NCBI GenBank assembly: GCA_002269645.1
Contig: NIVC01001432.1
Coordinates: forward strand, 1-64,000
Reading direction: 5' to 3'
Source of the DNA: Macrostomum lignano
Lineage: Eukaryota
DNA: 64,000 bases
Each line of letters begins with the position of its first letter. Position 1 is the first letter of the stretch. The notes under the pieces were generated by a model, which made no database searches, had not been told where the DNA came from, and was given only the letters and a program-made list of their open reading frames with translations. Position numbers and translations under genes: made by a program. Below are positions 32,267 to 45,136 of this stretch, one piece after another.

Positions 32267-33489
32267 TCTAAAAAATTGAAAGTTTAAAATTAAGATTATA
32301 GGCTATATGTTTTCGTTACAGAAAAATTTCTGTCTTTAATTAAGGCAGGCGGGACTGGATTGTATCAGTAAAATATAATCTTTCAATTAGCCTTAATTAC
32401 TATTTTTGGCATAAGCCGTCAGTTTGTGAACAAGGTACAAGCAGAAAGATTGCACAATCTTGTGTAATACTGACGGCCTGCACTAGCTGTGTCTAAAGTT
32501 ATCATAGTGTTTTGCCGCAAAAATGGCCAGTTTTTACTAAACATGGAACCAATGCCGGGAATTCCGCGGGAAAACCGTACTCTTCCCAATCCTAAATCCA
32601 CAATTAGCACGGCGAATTTTACACGCGCGCGAAAAGCTTCTAATTCATATTAAATAAATCTACTGTAATATATACAAATACTTGCACTACCTGTTACTGC
32701 AGCGTGGCTCCTCTTTCGACACTTAAGCTACTTTATTAAGTTTCGTTCAAGACTAGAAGATGGCTCGTATACAAAAATGAGCTGGGCTGTATGACTCTTT
32801 AAGAAAGGATGGAGAGGTTCAAAAAGAACCGAAGCGCGGAAGCGTCTATATTTATTTATATTGCTGATGAAGGTCTCGGAATATTCTACAAGTTTTCACA
32901 CGATATAACAAAGATGCCAGAATGGGAGTTTCTAGAAAAGCACAGAACTTCTGACTTATGAATTAGTTGGAAATTTCTAGAATATAATGTTTATTAGCAT
33001 ACTGCAGCTTACCTTCTTGAAATATAATGACGAAACTTGAAATTGAAGCTGAGTCTACTGGTAGAATGCTCCGAATGAAAGAATAGCAGTGCAGTGCAGT
33101 CTAATAGTTGTTGCAGCTGGGGTAGGCAACGTAGTTATTACGTTTTTTCGTTTTGGGGGGCAGGCAAGACAGTTAGAATGGCCTCTATGTACACGGAGTG
33201 ATGCCAGATAGAGTTAAATGTACGTGCAACTACCAAGCAATCTCTTTCCCAACCGTTCCCCTAATTCTACACAGCGGATGCCAGCACTAATGCTGGGACA
33301 AATCTATCGCGGGATTTGGAGTGGAGCTGAGTGTCTCAGCTGCGGTTTGGACGGCCAAAGAAAATGCTTATTAATTTGGAGCTGCCTTGATATTTCTGAA
33401 GTGTCTACTTGTAGTAGCCTAAGTTAAAGCACTTAAAACGGATTATTGTGACACGTCTGATTCTAAATTGTCTGACTTTGAATTCTATG

Positions 33490-33670
33490 ATTGTGAGACT
33501 GTCTTATAATGTGAATTGTCTGATTATGTGAATTGTCTGATTATGTGAACTGTGCGATTATGTGAATTGTCTGATTATGTGAATTGTCTGATTATGTGAA
33601 CTGTCTGATTATGTGAATTGTCTGATTGTGTGAATTGTCTGATTATGTGAACTGTCTGGTTGTGTGAATT
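33490..33670. repeat. 17-bp minisatellite
   Basis: TGTGAA(T/C)TGTCTGATTA units. Confidence 0.93.
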
Positions 33671-33671
33671 G

Positions 33672-34375
33672 TCATTGATAATGTGATTAAAAAAGTCTTT
33701 TTTACAGGATATTGGCCTAAAAAAATTACACGATCTTTGAGTTTTACTATAGTGGTCCTTATCCTGACCACCTCCTGAAAGCCTGGGACTGCAGAACCGT
33801 TCTCAAGGAACAAAACCCGGACAAGATCGACAAGATCATCGCAGATACTTCAACCGTAGATCTAAATTCATTCACCAACTCATGCACTCTTAGCACAGAA
33901 TCGTCACTCACCGTGGACAAAAGTGTCATATTCCACGGAGTTGCCGCGGCGGCTGCAGCACTCGCCTCAATCCGGCACTGATGCCTCGGAGTCGGATAGG
34001 AATCGAACGATTCGAACGTCACATTGACCGGATATCCGGCTAGCCAAAGAGGTGGAGCATCCAAACGCATGTTGCTGGGATTCACTGGAAATGACAATAT
34101 TTAGCAATCATTTTTATTATTTTTATTTAAATGTCAGGATTTAATGTTGTGATATAGGACTAGTGTATAATTATGAAAGATGAAAGATCCTGCATTTTCC
34201 ACCAATTTAACAAGTGTAACTAACCGTTCATTTCCAGGACTTGTTCAATCTGCCACCAGCTGTAACCTGAGGCAGTGCCGCCGTGCCTGGAAGCGCAGCG
34301 TAGGAAGCCCCCGTGATAGTTCGGGCTGGCCTCGAATTCGAAAACGCAGCTTTGAGTGCCGCCGGATGTGAGGCC
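33672..34375 (-). pseudogene. Near-identical duplicate of the two Ig-like exons at 21555-21077 plus flanking intron, cut by the Gypsy element
   Basis: Matches about 20826-21540 closely (ORFs 20948-21262 and 33759-34097 differ at few residues). The match stops at GATGTGAGGCC|TG, losing the first codons and acceptor of the upstream exon. Confidence 0.8.
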
Positions 34376-37300
34376 TGTGTGGAGTCTAGCTCCAAATGAA
34401 TAAGAATAAGATTGTGCACGAGCGTGCGTGTGAGCCTCGTAGGCCAGCTCGATCTTGGTTCGTAGCTTCTTACAGAGGCGCCAGGCCTCGGGCTTCTTTA
34501 TTTATCTCTCTCTGCTTCCCAGCTTGGGGGAAGACCTTCCCTACCAAAACGCGATTGTCTCTAATCAGTCACATCCGGGAGTTCCCGGTTTAGTGTACAG
34601 CAGCCGGTCCGGTTCCTGTCGCGTTCGCGCTGAGCGGCGCATCTGCGGCGATTCGACGTCCCTCGCCGGCTGGCCCGAATCAACTTCAGGGGCCGAGCTG
34701 GCGAACTCCGCGTCGCCGGCCTCATCGCCGGCTCGGTCCGTCACGTCGCCGGTCTCACGGTCTCAGTCGACAGGCGGCTGGCGGCTAGCGGCGTCGGCAT
34801 AGTTCGTGGCCGCAGCTGGTCGGCGTGCCGGCGCTCGATGACGCCATCCCGGGTCTCCACTCGGTAGCTGAGTGGCCCGGTCTGCTCTGTCACCCGGCCT
34901 TCCGTCCAACGCTCTGCGCCACGGCGGTAATCCCGCGCCCACACCTGGTCCGGCAGTTGATCGGCGTGGCGAGCCTTGCGGTCGTGGAGCTTTTTCTGAT
35001 CTGCCTGAGCACGAAGAACCCGGTCTCGAGTAGACGGCCGCATCAGATCCATGCGCGTCCGCAGCCCCCGGCCGAGCATGAGCTGCGCCGGGGCCCGGCC
35101 AGTGGTTGGGTGTTGTGTGGCGCGGTAGCCAAGCAGCCAGTTCTGCAGTCGCTTGTCGGCGTTCCCTGCGTCCGCCTGGCTGGACTTCATGGCCCGCTTG
35201 AAGCTGCCTACCAGGCGCTCCACCAGGCCGTTGGTCTTCGGGTGGTATGGGCTACTGCGGATGTGCTTAATTCCGTTGCTCTTGCAGAAATCTTGAAACT
35301 CCGCACTAGCGAAGGCTGGCCCGTTGTCAGACACGATCTGGTGTGGCAGCCCCCACTGGGCGAAAAGACGCCGCAACCGCTTCACGACCTCAGCGCTTGT
35401 AAGACTGCTGACTTGCTCTACGTGTGGCCACTTGGAGTGTGCGTCCACAACTAGAAGATAGTTCTGGCCCTCCACGGGACCCGCGAAGTCCATGTGGATC
35501 CGCTCCCACGGTTGGTCCGGCCAGATCCAGGGGTGAAGTGGCGCCGTAGTCTCCGGCCGCGTCATCTGGCACTGGCTGCAGGAGCCAGCCACCCGCTCGA
35601 TGTCTTGATCCAGGCCAGGCCACCACACGAAGCTTCGCGCCACCGACTTCATTCTCACGATGCCGGCATGATCAGCGTGCAGCTCTTGCAGAACGCGAGA
35701 TCGCAGTGCCGCAGGGATGACGACCCGCGCCCCCCCCCACAGCAGGCAGCCCTCCTCCAAACTGAGCTCATGTCGCCGTAAGGTAAGGCTCTTGACTGCC
35801 GCGCCAGGCGTGCGGCCATCCGTCACGCGTGTACCGCAACACCTCCTGGAGGTCGGTGTCTCGTTGACTGGCGCTAGCAATGTCTTTGGCCAGCAGTGGC
35901 CAGTCTTCGCTGCCCTGGCCCTCTTCGTCTGTCCAGAACACCCCTCTGGAGTCGTCGGCTTCCAACTGGGTCGCCAGGGGTAGCCGTGACAGGAAGTCAG
36001 CGTTACCGTGCTGCTTGGTGTTTTTGTAGCGGATGTCGTAGTCGTACGCGGCCAGCGTGAGCGCCCATCGCTGCAGACGTGCTGCTGCTGTCGCCGAGAC
36101 GCCGTTTTTCGGTCCAAAGATGCTCGTCAGGGGCTGGTGGTCAGTGATGATGGTGATCTTCTGGCCGTATGTGTAGTTGTGAAACTTCTTCATGCCAAAG
36201 ATGATCGCCAGTGCCTCCTTCTCGATCTGAGCGTAATTCTTCTCCGCGGCGTTCAAGCTCCGTGAGGCGAAGGCGATCGGCTTCTCGGTTCCGTCAGGCA
36301 CCACGTGGGAGATGATGGCTCCAATGCCGACGGAGGAGGCATCCGCAGCCAGTATCAGCGGCCAGTCGGGGTTGTAGCCAGTCAGCACGGTGTCTGACGC
36401 AAGTGCCTCCTTCAAAGCCTCCCAGGCCGACTGCTGGCTCGCTGTCCACTCCCGCGCGGTGTCCTTGCGAAGAAGCTTGTACAGCGGGGCCGCCTTTGTC
36501 GAGAAGTTAGCAACATGCTTGGCGTAGTAGTTTGCCAGACCTAGAAAGGACCGCAACTCGGACACGGTTGTCGGCTTCGGGCTGGCTCTGATGGCCTCGA
36601 CCTTCTTTGGACTCTTCCGGACCCCTTCGCTGCTAATAAGCGAGCCCAGGTACTCCACCCCGCTCTCAAAGAACCTGCACTTCTCTAGCTTGAGTCGGAG
36701 TCCAGCTTTGCGCAAACGGTTCAGAACCTCCCGCAGATTACTCAGGTGGTCCTCCGAGTTTTTCCCTGCCACCAAGATGTCGTCAATCCGGCAGCAAGTT
36801 GAGCTGGCACCCTGCAGCACAGACTCCATGATCTGCTGGCATAGCGCAGGCGCCGAGCTGACTCCATATGGAAGTCGCTTGAACTTAAACAGTCCCTTGT
36901 GGGTGTTGATGGTGGTCAAGTCTTGGCTGGCCTCGTCCAGTGGAAACTGCAGGTAGCATTCCGACAGGTCCAGCTTGGAGAAGATCTTGCCGCCGCCGAC
37001 CGCGTCGTAGAGCTCCTCTGGCGTCGGCATAGGGTAGTGGTCGATCTTCAGCTGCGGGTTCAGCGTGACCTTGTAGTCACCGCACAGTCTGATGGTCCCG
37101 TTTGGCTTGCTTACGGGCACGACCGGAGTCGCCCAGTCGCTATGCCGAACGGGCTCTATCACCCCTACTTCCTGCATCCGCTGCAACTCCGCGTCGATCT
37201 TGGACTTCAGGGCGTACGGCACGGGTCGGGCCTTGCAGAACTTGGGCAGCGCGTCCTCTTGCAGCCGCAGCTTCACACTGTGCTGGGTGAAGTTGCCCAG

Positions 37301-38300
37301 GCCCGGCTCGAACACGTCCGCAAACTTCTGCAGCAGGCCGTCCAACTCTGGTGGCGCTGTTGGCGTAGCTGAGATCTCCGGTGGAACTGGATCGCTGATG
37401 GCGAAGATCTCCTTCCAGTTCAGCCGAATGTTCCTTAGCCAGTCCCGGTCCATTAACGGGCTTGCCTTCTCTAGGCTGGTGACTATCAGGGGCAGCTCGC
37501 AAGTCTGCGTGCCGTACTGCACTTCCACATTCGCAGACCCCAGCACTGGGATGCTCTCGCCTGTCCAGGTGCGCAGTTGAACCTCGGCGTTCTGTAGTCG
37601 CGGCCGACCCAGCTGCTTCCAGTGCTGCTTAGATACGAGGCTGGCGCAAGCTCCGGTGTCCACCTGCATCCTCAGCGGTCGCCCGTTGATGTGTAGCTGA
37701 GCACTCAGGTGCCTTTCCTTACCGCTGCAGACCTGGGAGATCCACGTCACCTTTGCCGAGTCGTCGCTTTCCCCGCCGCGGTGCTCCTCGCTCTCGTCTG
37801 GGTGAACGGCCCTGATGGACTTTCTGTTCTTGTGGCCACTGAATTTCAAGCCGCTTTGCTGACTGCTAGGAGCCCCTCCGGCGCAGGTCTTTTGGCTCGA
37901 TAGACAGACGGCCTTCAAGTGGCCCAGCTTGCCACAGGCGTGACACTTGGTGTTCCGGTGCTGGCACTCCGCCGACAGGTGCTGCCTGGAGCCACAGCGC
38001 ATGCACGGCCGTCGTGGTGACGCGGCTTTACCGACCAAATTGACCTCCGGCTTGGCGTGCCAGCTGTTGGCCTCCGCTTCCGCGATTTCTGCTGCTTGAG
38101 CGATTTCCTTGGCCTTCTCGAGCGTCAGGGTGCTGACAGTCAACAACCGCTTCTGCACTTGCGGCTCCCGGAGTCCACAGACGAAGCAGTCACACAATGC
38201 GTCTTCCAGAAAAGTTCCGAAGTCGCAGGTCTCCGCCAGACTGCGGAGGGTGGCCAAAAACTGTGCAGCCGACGGGGCAAAGTCAAAACGAGGGCATCGC
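34376..38300 (-). mobile_element. 5'-truncated Ty3/Gypsy LTR retrotransposon (gag C-terminus, PR, RT, RH, IN) with 3' LTR remnant
   Basis: Zinc knuckles CMRCGSRQH and CHACGKLGH, protease VDTGA, RT (LCGDYK, LDLSECYLQ, RLPYGVSSAP, RIDD), RH (ADAS, EKEALA), IN after RH with HHCC and DDE (HMDFAGP, SDNG, NGLVER). Frameshifts near 35780 and 34780; terminal RRSARTRQEPDRL. TG at 34376 and AATAAA (minus strand) at 34497-34502. No 5' LTR seen. Confidence 0.95.
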
Positions 38301-41300
38301 GAGTTTACACCATTCAAACTTTGTAATACCAAATTGTATCTGTTTTCTAATGAGTATGGCCGGTTAAATCTTGCATTAAACTGTGAATTATAAATAATTT
38401 TACTATAATCTAAGTAAAATTAGTCTTTTTCGCTCCTCTAAAAGACAAAATATGTCCTTTTCAGCGATAATTTTTTTGGCGGAAATTCAACCACGTTGAA
38501 CACGTGTGAAAAAAATTCTATATAATTTACAAATAAGGGCTAAAAATGTATGAATTAATGTAGTTGGTGAAAGTTTTAAGTTAATTTGCATTAAATGCAT
38601 GCATGAGTAATGCTTTATTTGTATAAACCTTACTGTAGTTCGAATATTCTTCGTTTTGGTAGTAAACATTGATTATGACATCCCACCTATATGCTCATAT
38701 GAGAATATGTTAAAAACTAATCTAAATTGATGTATCCAATTGGATTATTCACTTTTACATTTTAGAAAATAATTTAGCATAAAATCGATGCTTTTTATTG
38801 AAAAAGCCTAATATATTACTTATTGTATAACCATTCTATAACAATATAAAAATACTTTTTAATAGTTAGAGAGCACAAAGTGATTTTCTCCAGTAGTCTG
38901 TTGCATCAAAATGAATAATTTCCAGCTTTTAGAATTGAAATATGTTATTACACACCTATCAAGCTTGAAGCATTTTTTTTCTTTACTAAATGGTACTCTT
39001 TGTTGGCTCTTAAATGCCATAAATGTTAGTTTTTGTCATGATTTTTTTCTCCGGAAGCCCACTGTGTGGAGCATGTACAATGAAAAGCTTAGATATTTCC
39101 TCAAGGCACTGCAAAGAACCCTATAAAGAAGCATTTTTTTGGCTTTGCAGCAGGGACAACCTAATATAATTTTATTGCCATTTAATGTATATTTTGTAAT
39201 GAATTAGGCTTTATTTATTTTTAATGATAGTTATTCTGCTTATTTCATACTGAATAATTTGAGGTAAATTTTGTAAAAATTACTTTAAACATCTTTTTAT
39301 TGACCATCACTTAAAATTTTTTATGACTAGCAATTCTAGTCTAAGATCACCAGATTAATCAGATTTCACTTACTAACACCAAATAATCAGGTCTGATTGA
39401 CTTTAAATTTACTTTAAATTCATTGGTCTGCTTAACTGACATCAGATTTACCTAGGATCAATAATTTTGGGGCATCATGAAGGTTATAGCATTGTAACAG
39501 ACTATGTAATCATGCTTAAATAACTTGGAACTCATAATTTAATATCTTGAAATCTGCATGGTGCTAGAATCCTATTGGAATAGAAAGAAGACAGCAAAAA
39601 ATACAGACAAAGTGTTCACTCATTATCTCTCTAATAATAAAATGTTCATCTCCACAGATGTACCTTTCAGCTGTTTGGAAACGGAATGAAAATAAAAATC
39701 GCTACAAATCGCTACACGCAGCAACAACTTGTGTCAACATAATTGACAACCATTGTAGAGAACCCCACCTCTTATGTTCGGCGGGTAGTCGATCAGAATC
39801 CAGTCTGGCGCATCGCTGCAAGTTGGACTCTGTCACTCAGCTTTGTTCGACACAAGCAGATTTTGAGCACAGTCTGGCAGTATGCTGCACTTCAGTTTCA
39901 GCAGGGCCAATCTGAGCTGCTCGAGCAGAGTTTGAGAACACGCGCAGTATGTGCTTCCTTATTTTCACTTTTACGTTGCAATTTGGCCTCTTTTGTATCG
40001 ACTTTTCTGCGTTCGCTCTGGCATGAGAGTACGAGCCCTCTTCAGCGTGGTAGCGTTGTAATGTTCTAGCTTTGAAAGCTAGGATGCTTTTATTTTTACT
40101 ATAGCATACTCCTTATATAACTAATAAGTGCTTTTTAAGCTCAACCAGCTATGTACCTGTGATGTGTGGCTGCCAGCAGCCACGTATTAGTTTATGGGTA
40201 TATGCTTGGCTTACAGACCCACAATTGATAGACTGCAGGAACAAGCGCGAAACGATTGACGAGCTCTTGCTTAATTTCAACAAATATACGAGTAAACGAG
40301 CCTACGATTTAAAACACGACTTCCCAAACACATTGATCGGATAATAAAAAGTTTTATTAATAAAGCAGCATCAGCTCAAATATTTTAATCTATGGCCATG
40401 GACGTATAGAGCAGTCTGCACAGACCAGAACAGAAAATCAATATGGCTACCTCAAGAAGGGTAAAAAAGATATCTGGGTGGGGGGCATGGTTATGATCCT
40501 ATCCAAACAGTTTCAATACAAATGTGAATCTCACAGAGCTCTAAATGAAGCTCTTAATGCCTCTTGATTTAGTGAAAAAGATGAACAGGCAACAGAAATA
40601 GGTTTTAGAATTTTTAGGCACAAGTAATAAATTCCTGAAGCAGAAGTTTTATTAACTTAAATGCAAAACAAGATTTTTGGTATAGCCACTAGGCCCATAC
40701 AATAAAACACACTATAAAACATAAGGTTCTAAAAAGGTGTGTCTTGTGGTCTGAGAGAAAATGTAGGCCACATAGCCACCAGAATCTTGGGTGCCAGAAT
40801 CCAAAAGTAGCAGCGCAGCACCTGAACCAGTTGTGGGCAGAAGTGGCCTGCTAGGTGCAGGAGTCGCCAACATTGCAACAGGTTGCTCAGACAGATCAGG
40901 TTGGTTCATGGAGAAAGCACTAGACTCACTCAACCAAATGTAAAGGTAACATATAGCAAGTCCACCAGTTTCATTGTTTAAGTAAGGCCTCAGGTTTAGA
41001 GCTCAGAATGAAAGGCATATCATAAAATGCAGCTGAGAAGATCTCCCAAAGAAGTCCTGGCATGGCTGAAATTAAAGTGAAAAACATTTAACATATTTTA
41101 CTTACATTTAAGTCTAAAAAACTTCTACTAAAGCAAGTTAAGAATTTATTGGTATATTATATATACAATAGTATAAAAGGAAACACTCCTGCTAGGCATT
41201 TAAAGCCAGTTTGTAAACAATAAAATATATAATAAAATATTGCTATTTTCTAATTTTTTAAAAAGCAAATATATCAGGTTTTGCATTTTTAACTTTTAAC

Positions 41301-43119
41301 ATGTTCTAAGTTCTTAAAGCTCATAATGTGAGTTTTAAATGAAATAAATGTAACAAATAATGCAAATGAAAACATATTGCAATTATACATTTTAAAGAAT
41401 AGTGCAAGTCACATTTTATATAGCTTTTTACATTGCAAATTATATGAAACTATAAAGTTAAAGTTTAAAAAAAGTTATTACCTGTTTTACTTGCTACTTG
41501 TTAATTATTTAGCAATTTAAATTATATATATACTTCAAAGTGCATAGTGATGGCTATAATAAACAGTATCATTATCAGTAATCATAAGGTAGATTATCAC
41601 TTAGCTAAGGCCTAATGGCTTTTATAAAAAAGCATATATCAGTTTCGAAGTAATTCTAAGCTGTAAAGCTGTACAAAAATTTATATTTACATTATATTTT
41701 TTATTACTACGTCATTAGCAAAAAATAAAATAGGCCTAAGACACGGACAGTTAAATATAAATAGCAATCTGAACTAGACTACAAATTATGCCTCAGAACA
41801 AAAATATAGTTAAACAAGAGCGTGGGTGGATAAAGCTATTTTATAAAAAAACTTGATAGACACCTTTATTTGTCATTCTATTCAGTAAAATTATTTAAAC
41901 CTCAGTCTCATGAGTCATTTGCCTATTCATAAGCCGTGGCTTATAAAATAAAGCATATATCTAGAATCCTCGATCGATTATTGTTCATGAATTAGATAGA
42001 TAAGCAGAAAATTGATGCTAGACGTTTGCAATGCTTGAAATACAGAAGTCAGTAATCAATATCTAAATCTCATATTTAATTCAATCCAAAAAAGTTTGCT
42101 GATATTTCACATCCGTAAAAAGAACCAGGCCAAACATCAATAATAAATAAAGTACTTATTAACATGAAACTGATAACTAAATTAACGAGAGTATTTCAGA
42201 ACACAAACAGGCGCGACGTAAACAAAGTAAGCAGTTTAACAAAATCCAGCCTAATATTTATTTAAAAAATATCTATTGCAATATTTACCTAATTTTTTTC
42301 AGATAAAAACTACTTTTACGGGTTTGTATAAAACATTTATTTTTATAATACTTTATTTAGTTTCTGATTCTGCGTCCGTACAGTTCCGTAAAAGTAAAGA
42401 TTAACAAATGGGTAGGAAATTTATTAAGAGGTGTATTTTGTGCTTTAAAAATGTTTTTTTGAGACCACTTAACGGAAATATAAAAAATTGTATAAAAAAT
42501 TACCAATTGATACAACAAATTTTTTTCTACATTTTCTGACTCCCCAGTTTTGACTTTAACCGCCTAACTATTTCTTAGAATTTCATTTAAATATTTCTGG
42601 GTAGCGTTCTTAGTAGCGTTTCTGGTAGCGTTCTTAGTAGCGTTTCTGGTAGCTTATGGCTTGCTTTCTGGTAGCGTTCTAGTAGCTTATGGCCTGAGCG
42701 GTCTAGTACTGGTATATGTATTAGTGTATAGTCCTAATCGGGCGTTCACCGAGACTAGAGGGTCACGGCGCCTCTCTTAGTATATCTCCAGGAATTAGTC
42801 CCAATTCCCTTCTCTTAGCAAATTTCTTAGAATCGTTTCACAGGTTTTGCAAATGAAGAAGTCGCTATTTAGCTCAAAGACTTTGAAATGGTTTAGATTG
42901 AACTGCTTATTCTGTTCGCAATTATTTGCTCACGGGTAAAAGACAGTTAGAGTATATTTGTCGCGAAACCGCTCCTATATATAGTGATTTTCCCCACATA
43001 CGATTAAAACAAAAAATAATTCTCCAATTTATTTGGCTCAACCGCCTGAAAGTTAGCGATGTGGCAGTCCATTAATGTGGCAGTTGCAGGCCTAAAGTTA
43101 AGTAACTCAGGTTAACTAA

Positions 43120-44070
43120 CTGGCCCAAACCAGCCCTAGGAAGCTCAAACTAGCCCTGGAAAGCTCAAACTAGCGCTGGAAAGCTCAAATTGGCGCGGGA
43201 AAGCTCGAATTGGCGCCGGAAGCTAAATTTGGCGCCAGGATCCCCAAATTGGCGCCAGGATCGCCGAATCAGCGCTGAAATGCTGAAATCAGCGCGAGAG
43301 GACCCAAACTAGCCCTGGAAAGCTCAAAATAGCGCTGGAAAGCTCAAATTGGCGCGGGAAAGCTCGAATTGGCGCCGGAAGCTAAATTTGGCGCCAGGAT
43401 CCCCAAATTGGCGCCAGGAACCCCAAATCAACTCAAGAAGGCCTAAACCAGCCCTAGGAAGCTCAAACTAGCCCTGGAAAGCTCAAACTAGCGCTGGAAA
43501 GCTCGAATTGGCGCGGGAAAGCTCGAATTGGCGCCGGAAGCTAAATTTGGCGCCAGGATCCCCAAATTGGCGCCAGGAACCCCAAATCAACTCAAGAAGG
43601 CCTAAACCAGCCCTAGGAAGCTCAAACTAGCCCTGGAAAGCTCAAACTAGCGCTGGAAAGCTCAAATTGGCGCGGGAAAGCTCGAATTGGCGCCGGAAGC
43701 TAAATTTGGCGCCAGGATCCCCAAATTGGCGCCAGGAACCCCAAATCAACTCAAGAAGGCCCAAACCAGCCCTAGGAAGCTCAAACTAGCCCTGGAAAGC
43801 TCAAAGTAGCGCTGGAAAGCTCAAATTGGCGCGGGAAAGCTCGAATTGGCGCCGGAAGCTAAATTTGGCGCCAGGATCCCCAAATTGGCGCCAGGATCGC
43901 CGAATCAGCGCTGAAATGCTGAAATCAGCGCGAGAGGACCCAAACTAGCCCTGGAAAGCTCAAAATAGCGCTGGAAAGCTCAAATTGGCGCGGGAAAGCT
44001 CGAATTGGCGCCGGAAGCTAAATTTGGCGCCAGGATCCCCAAATTGGCGCCAGGATCGCCGAATCAGCGC
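43120..44070. repeat. 20-bp-subunit satellite organised as ~159-bp higher-order repeats
   Basis: GAAAGCTCAAACTAGCCCTG-type monomers; AAACCAGCCCTAGG recurs at 43445, 43604 and 43763. Confidence 0.93.
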
Positions 44071-44924
44071 TGGAATTTGCCAACGGGCGTAGAAGTGGCA
44101 GCATATATCAGCTTGCTACTTTTTGGCGCCGATTTTAATATACCGGCGCCAATTTCAGCCTTTGGGCGCCCATTTTAGCGCCCTGGCAAGGTCAATGCAT
44201 TTAGTTCTCACGCGATGGCGCCAAAAAATTTTTTTTTCTTTTTTTGAATTAGTGCCATGTATCTTGCCAACCAATACGAGTCAAGTTCTGGCGTCTGCTT
44301 TTCCACAGCCGCCTGGCTGGGTCCCGTCAACAAGCTATTTTTAGCGTGGGAAACTGTCTGACTCACTCATTTGATTCCCCGAGTCCACGGGTGCAAGGGC
44401 TAGCCAAGGTGGACCCACGGTGGAGCCACCTGGCTAGCCACGTATTTTTTTTGTAGTGGATTGTCTGGCTAGCCTGGGAATATGCTCTGAAACTGGCGCC
44501 CGCCGCTTCTGCCCTTCCCCCCTTTTAGTGGACAGTCTGTCTGCTCAGGTGTACAGAGCCTTATTCCTCAGACGTACAGTCTGCCCCCGGCACCCCCGCT
44601 CCCAATCCTTCCTTGTAGAAATTTCCCACATTCATTAGGCAGATTGCCTTCTTATCTACTGCTGTATTAGACGGTCAGTCTACTTATGCCAGCATTCCCT
44701 ATAAGTGTTTAGAAATTCCCCATTAGTGTGCTTTCCCAGGCAACTCTGATCCATCGCGAAGCCCTTGATTCCCCCTCCCATCTATATTTCCCGGACTGAA
44801 TAGGAAACTGTGTCTTGCCGCTCGGACACACCACGCCACCAGGAGCAACCTACGGCTTACTCCTGTTAGTAGTATAAATTGCGAAGTTCTCCCCGAATTC
44901 TAAGAAACTCCCGAAAACCCCAAC

Positions 44925-45067
44925 CCCCTCTCATAACGAATTTGGTAGCAGCGTTGTGATAAAAAAACACAGGCAGAAGTTAACCCTACGACAAATTTGG
45001 TAACAGCGGTGGGATTTTCTTAATAATAAACAGCCCTATAACAAAATTGGCGGCAGCGGTAAAGGAT
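44925..45067 (+). promoter_or_regulatory. Three tandem LTR-end/primer-binding-site-like units (tRNA-Leu-like)
   Basis: TGGTAGCAGCGTTGTGAT (44943), TGGTAACAGCGGTGGGAT (44998), TGGCGGCAGCGGT (45048), versus TGGTGGCAGCGGTGGGAT expected from the canonical tRNA-Leu 3' end. Confidence 0.7.
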
Positions 45068-45136
45068 TGGAATCTGGTGAAACGCGCACTTAAACCAACC
45101 CAAACTCTAATCCCCATCCCCAATCCCTGAAGTACA

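Noticed and set aside
32864-32895. Second hammerhead (CTGATGAAGG..)
   Set aside because: No GAAA core or stem I pairing follows. The same applies to CTGATGA at about 2464 and 51748.
36591-37903. Plus-strand ORFs over the Gypsy element
   Set aside because: Antisense shadows of GC-rich pol.
38400-42500. Possible gene or transposase in the AT-rich block (ORFs 39658-40069, 40712-40933)
   Set aside because: No recognisable motif and no consistent exon chain could be built.
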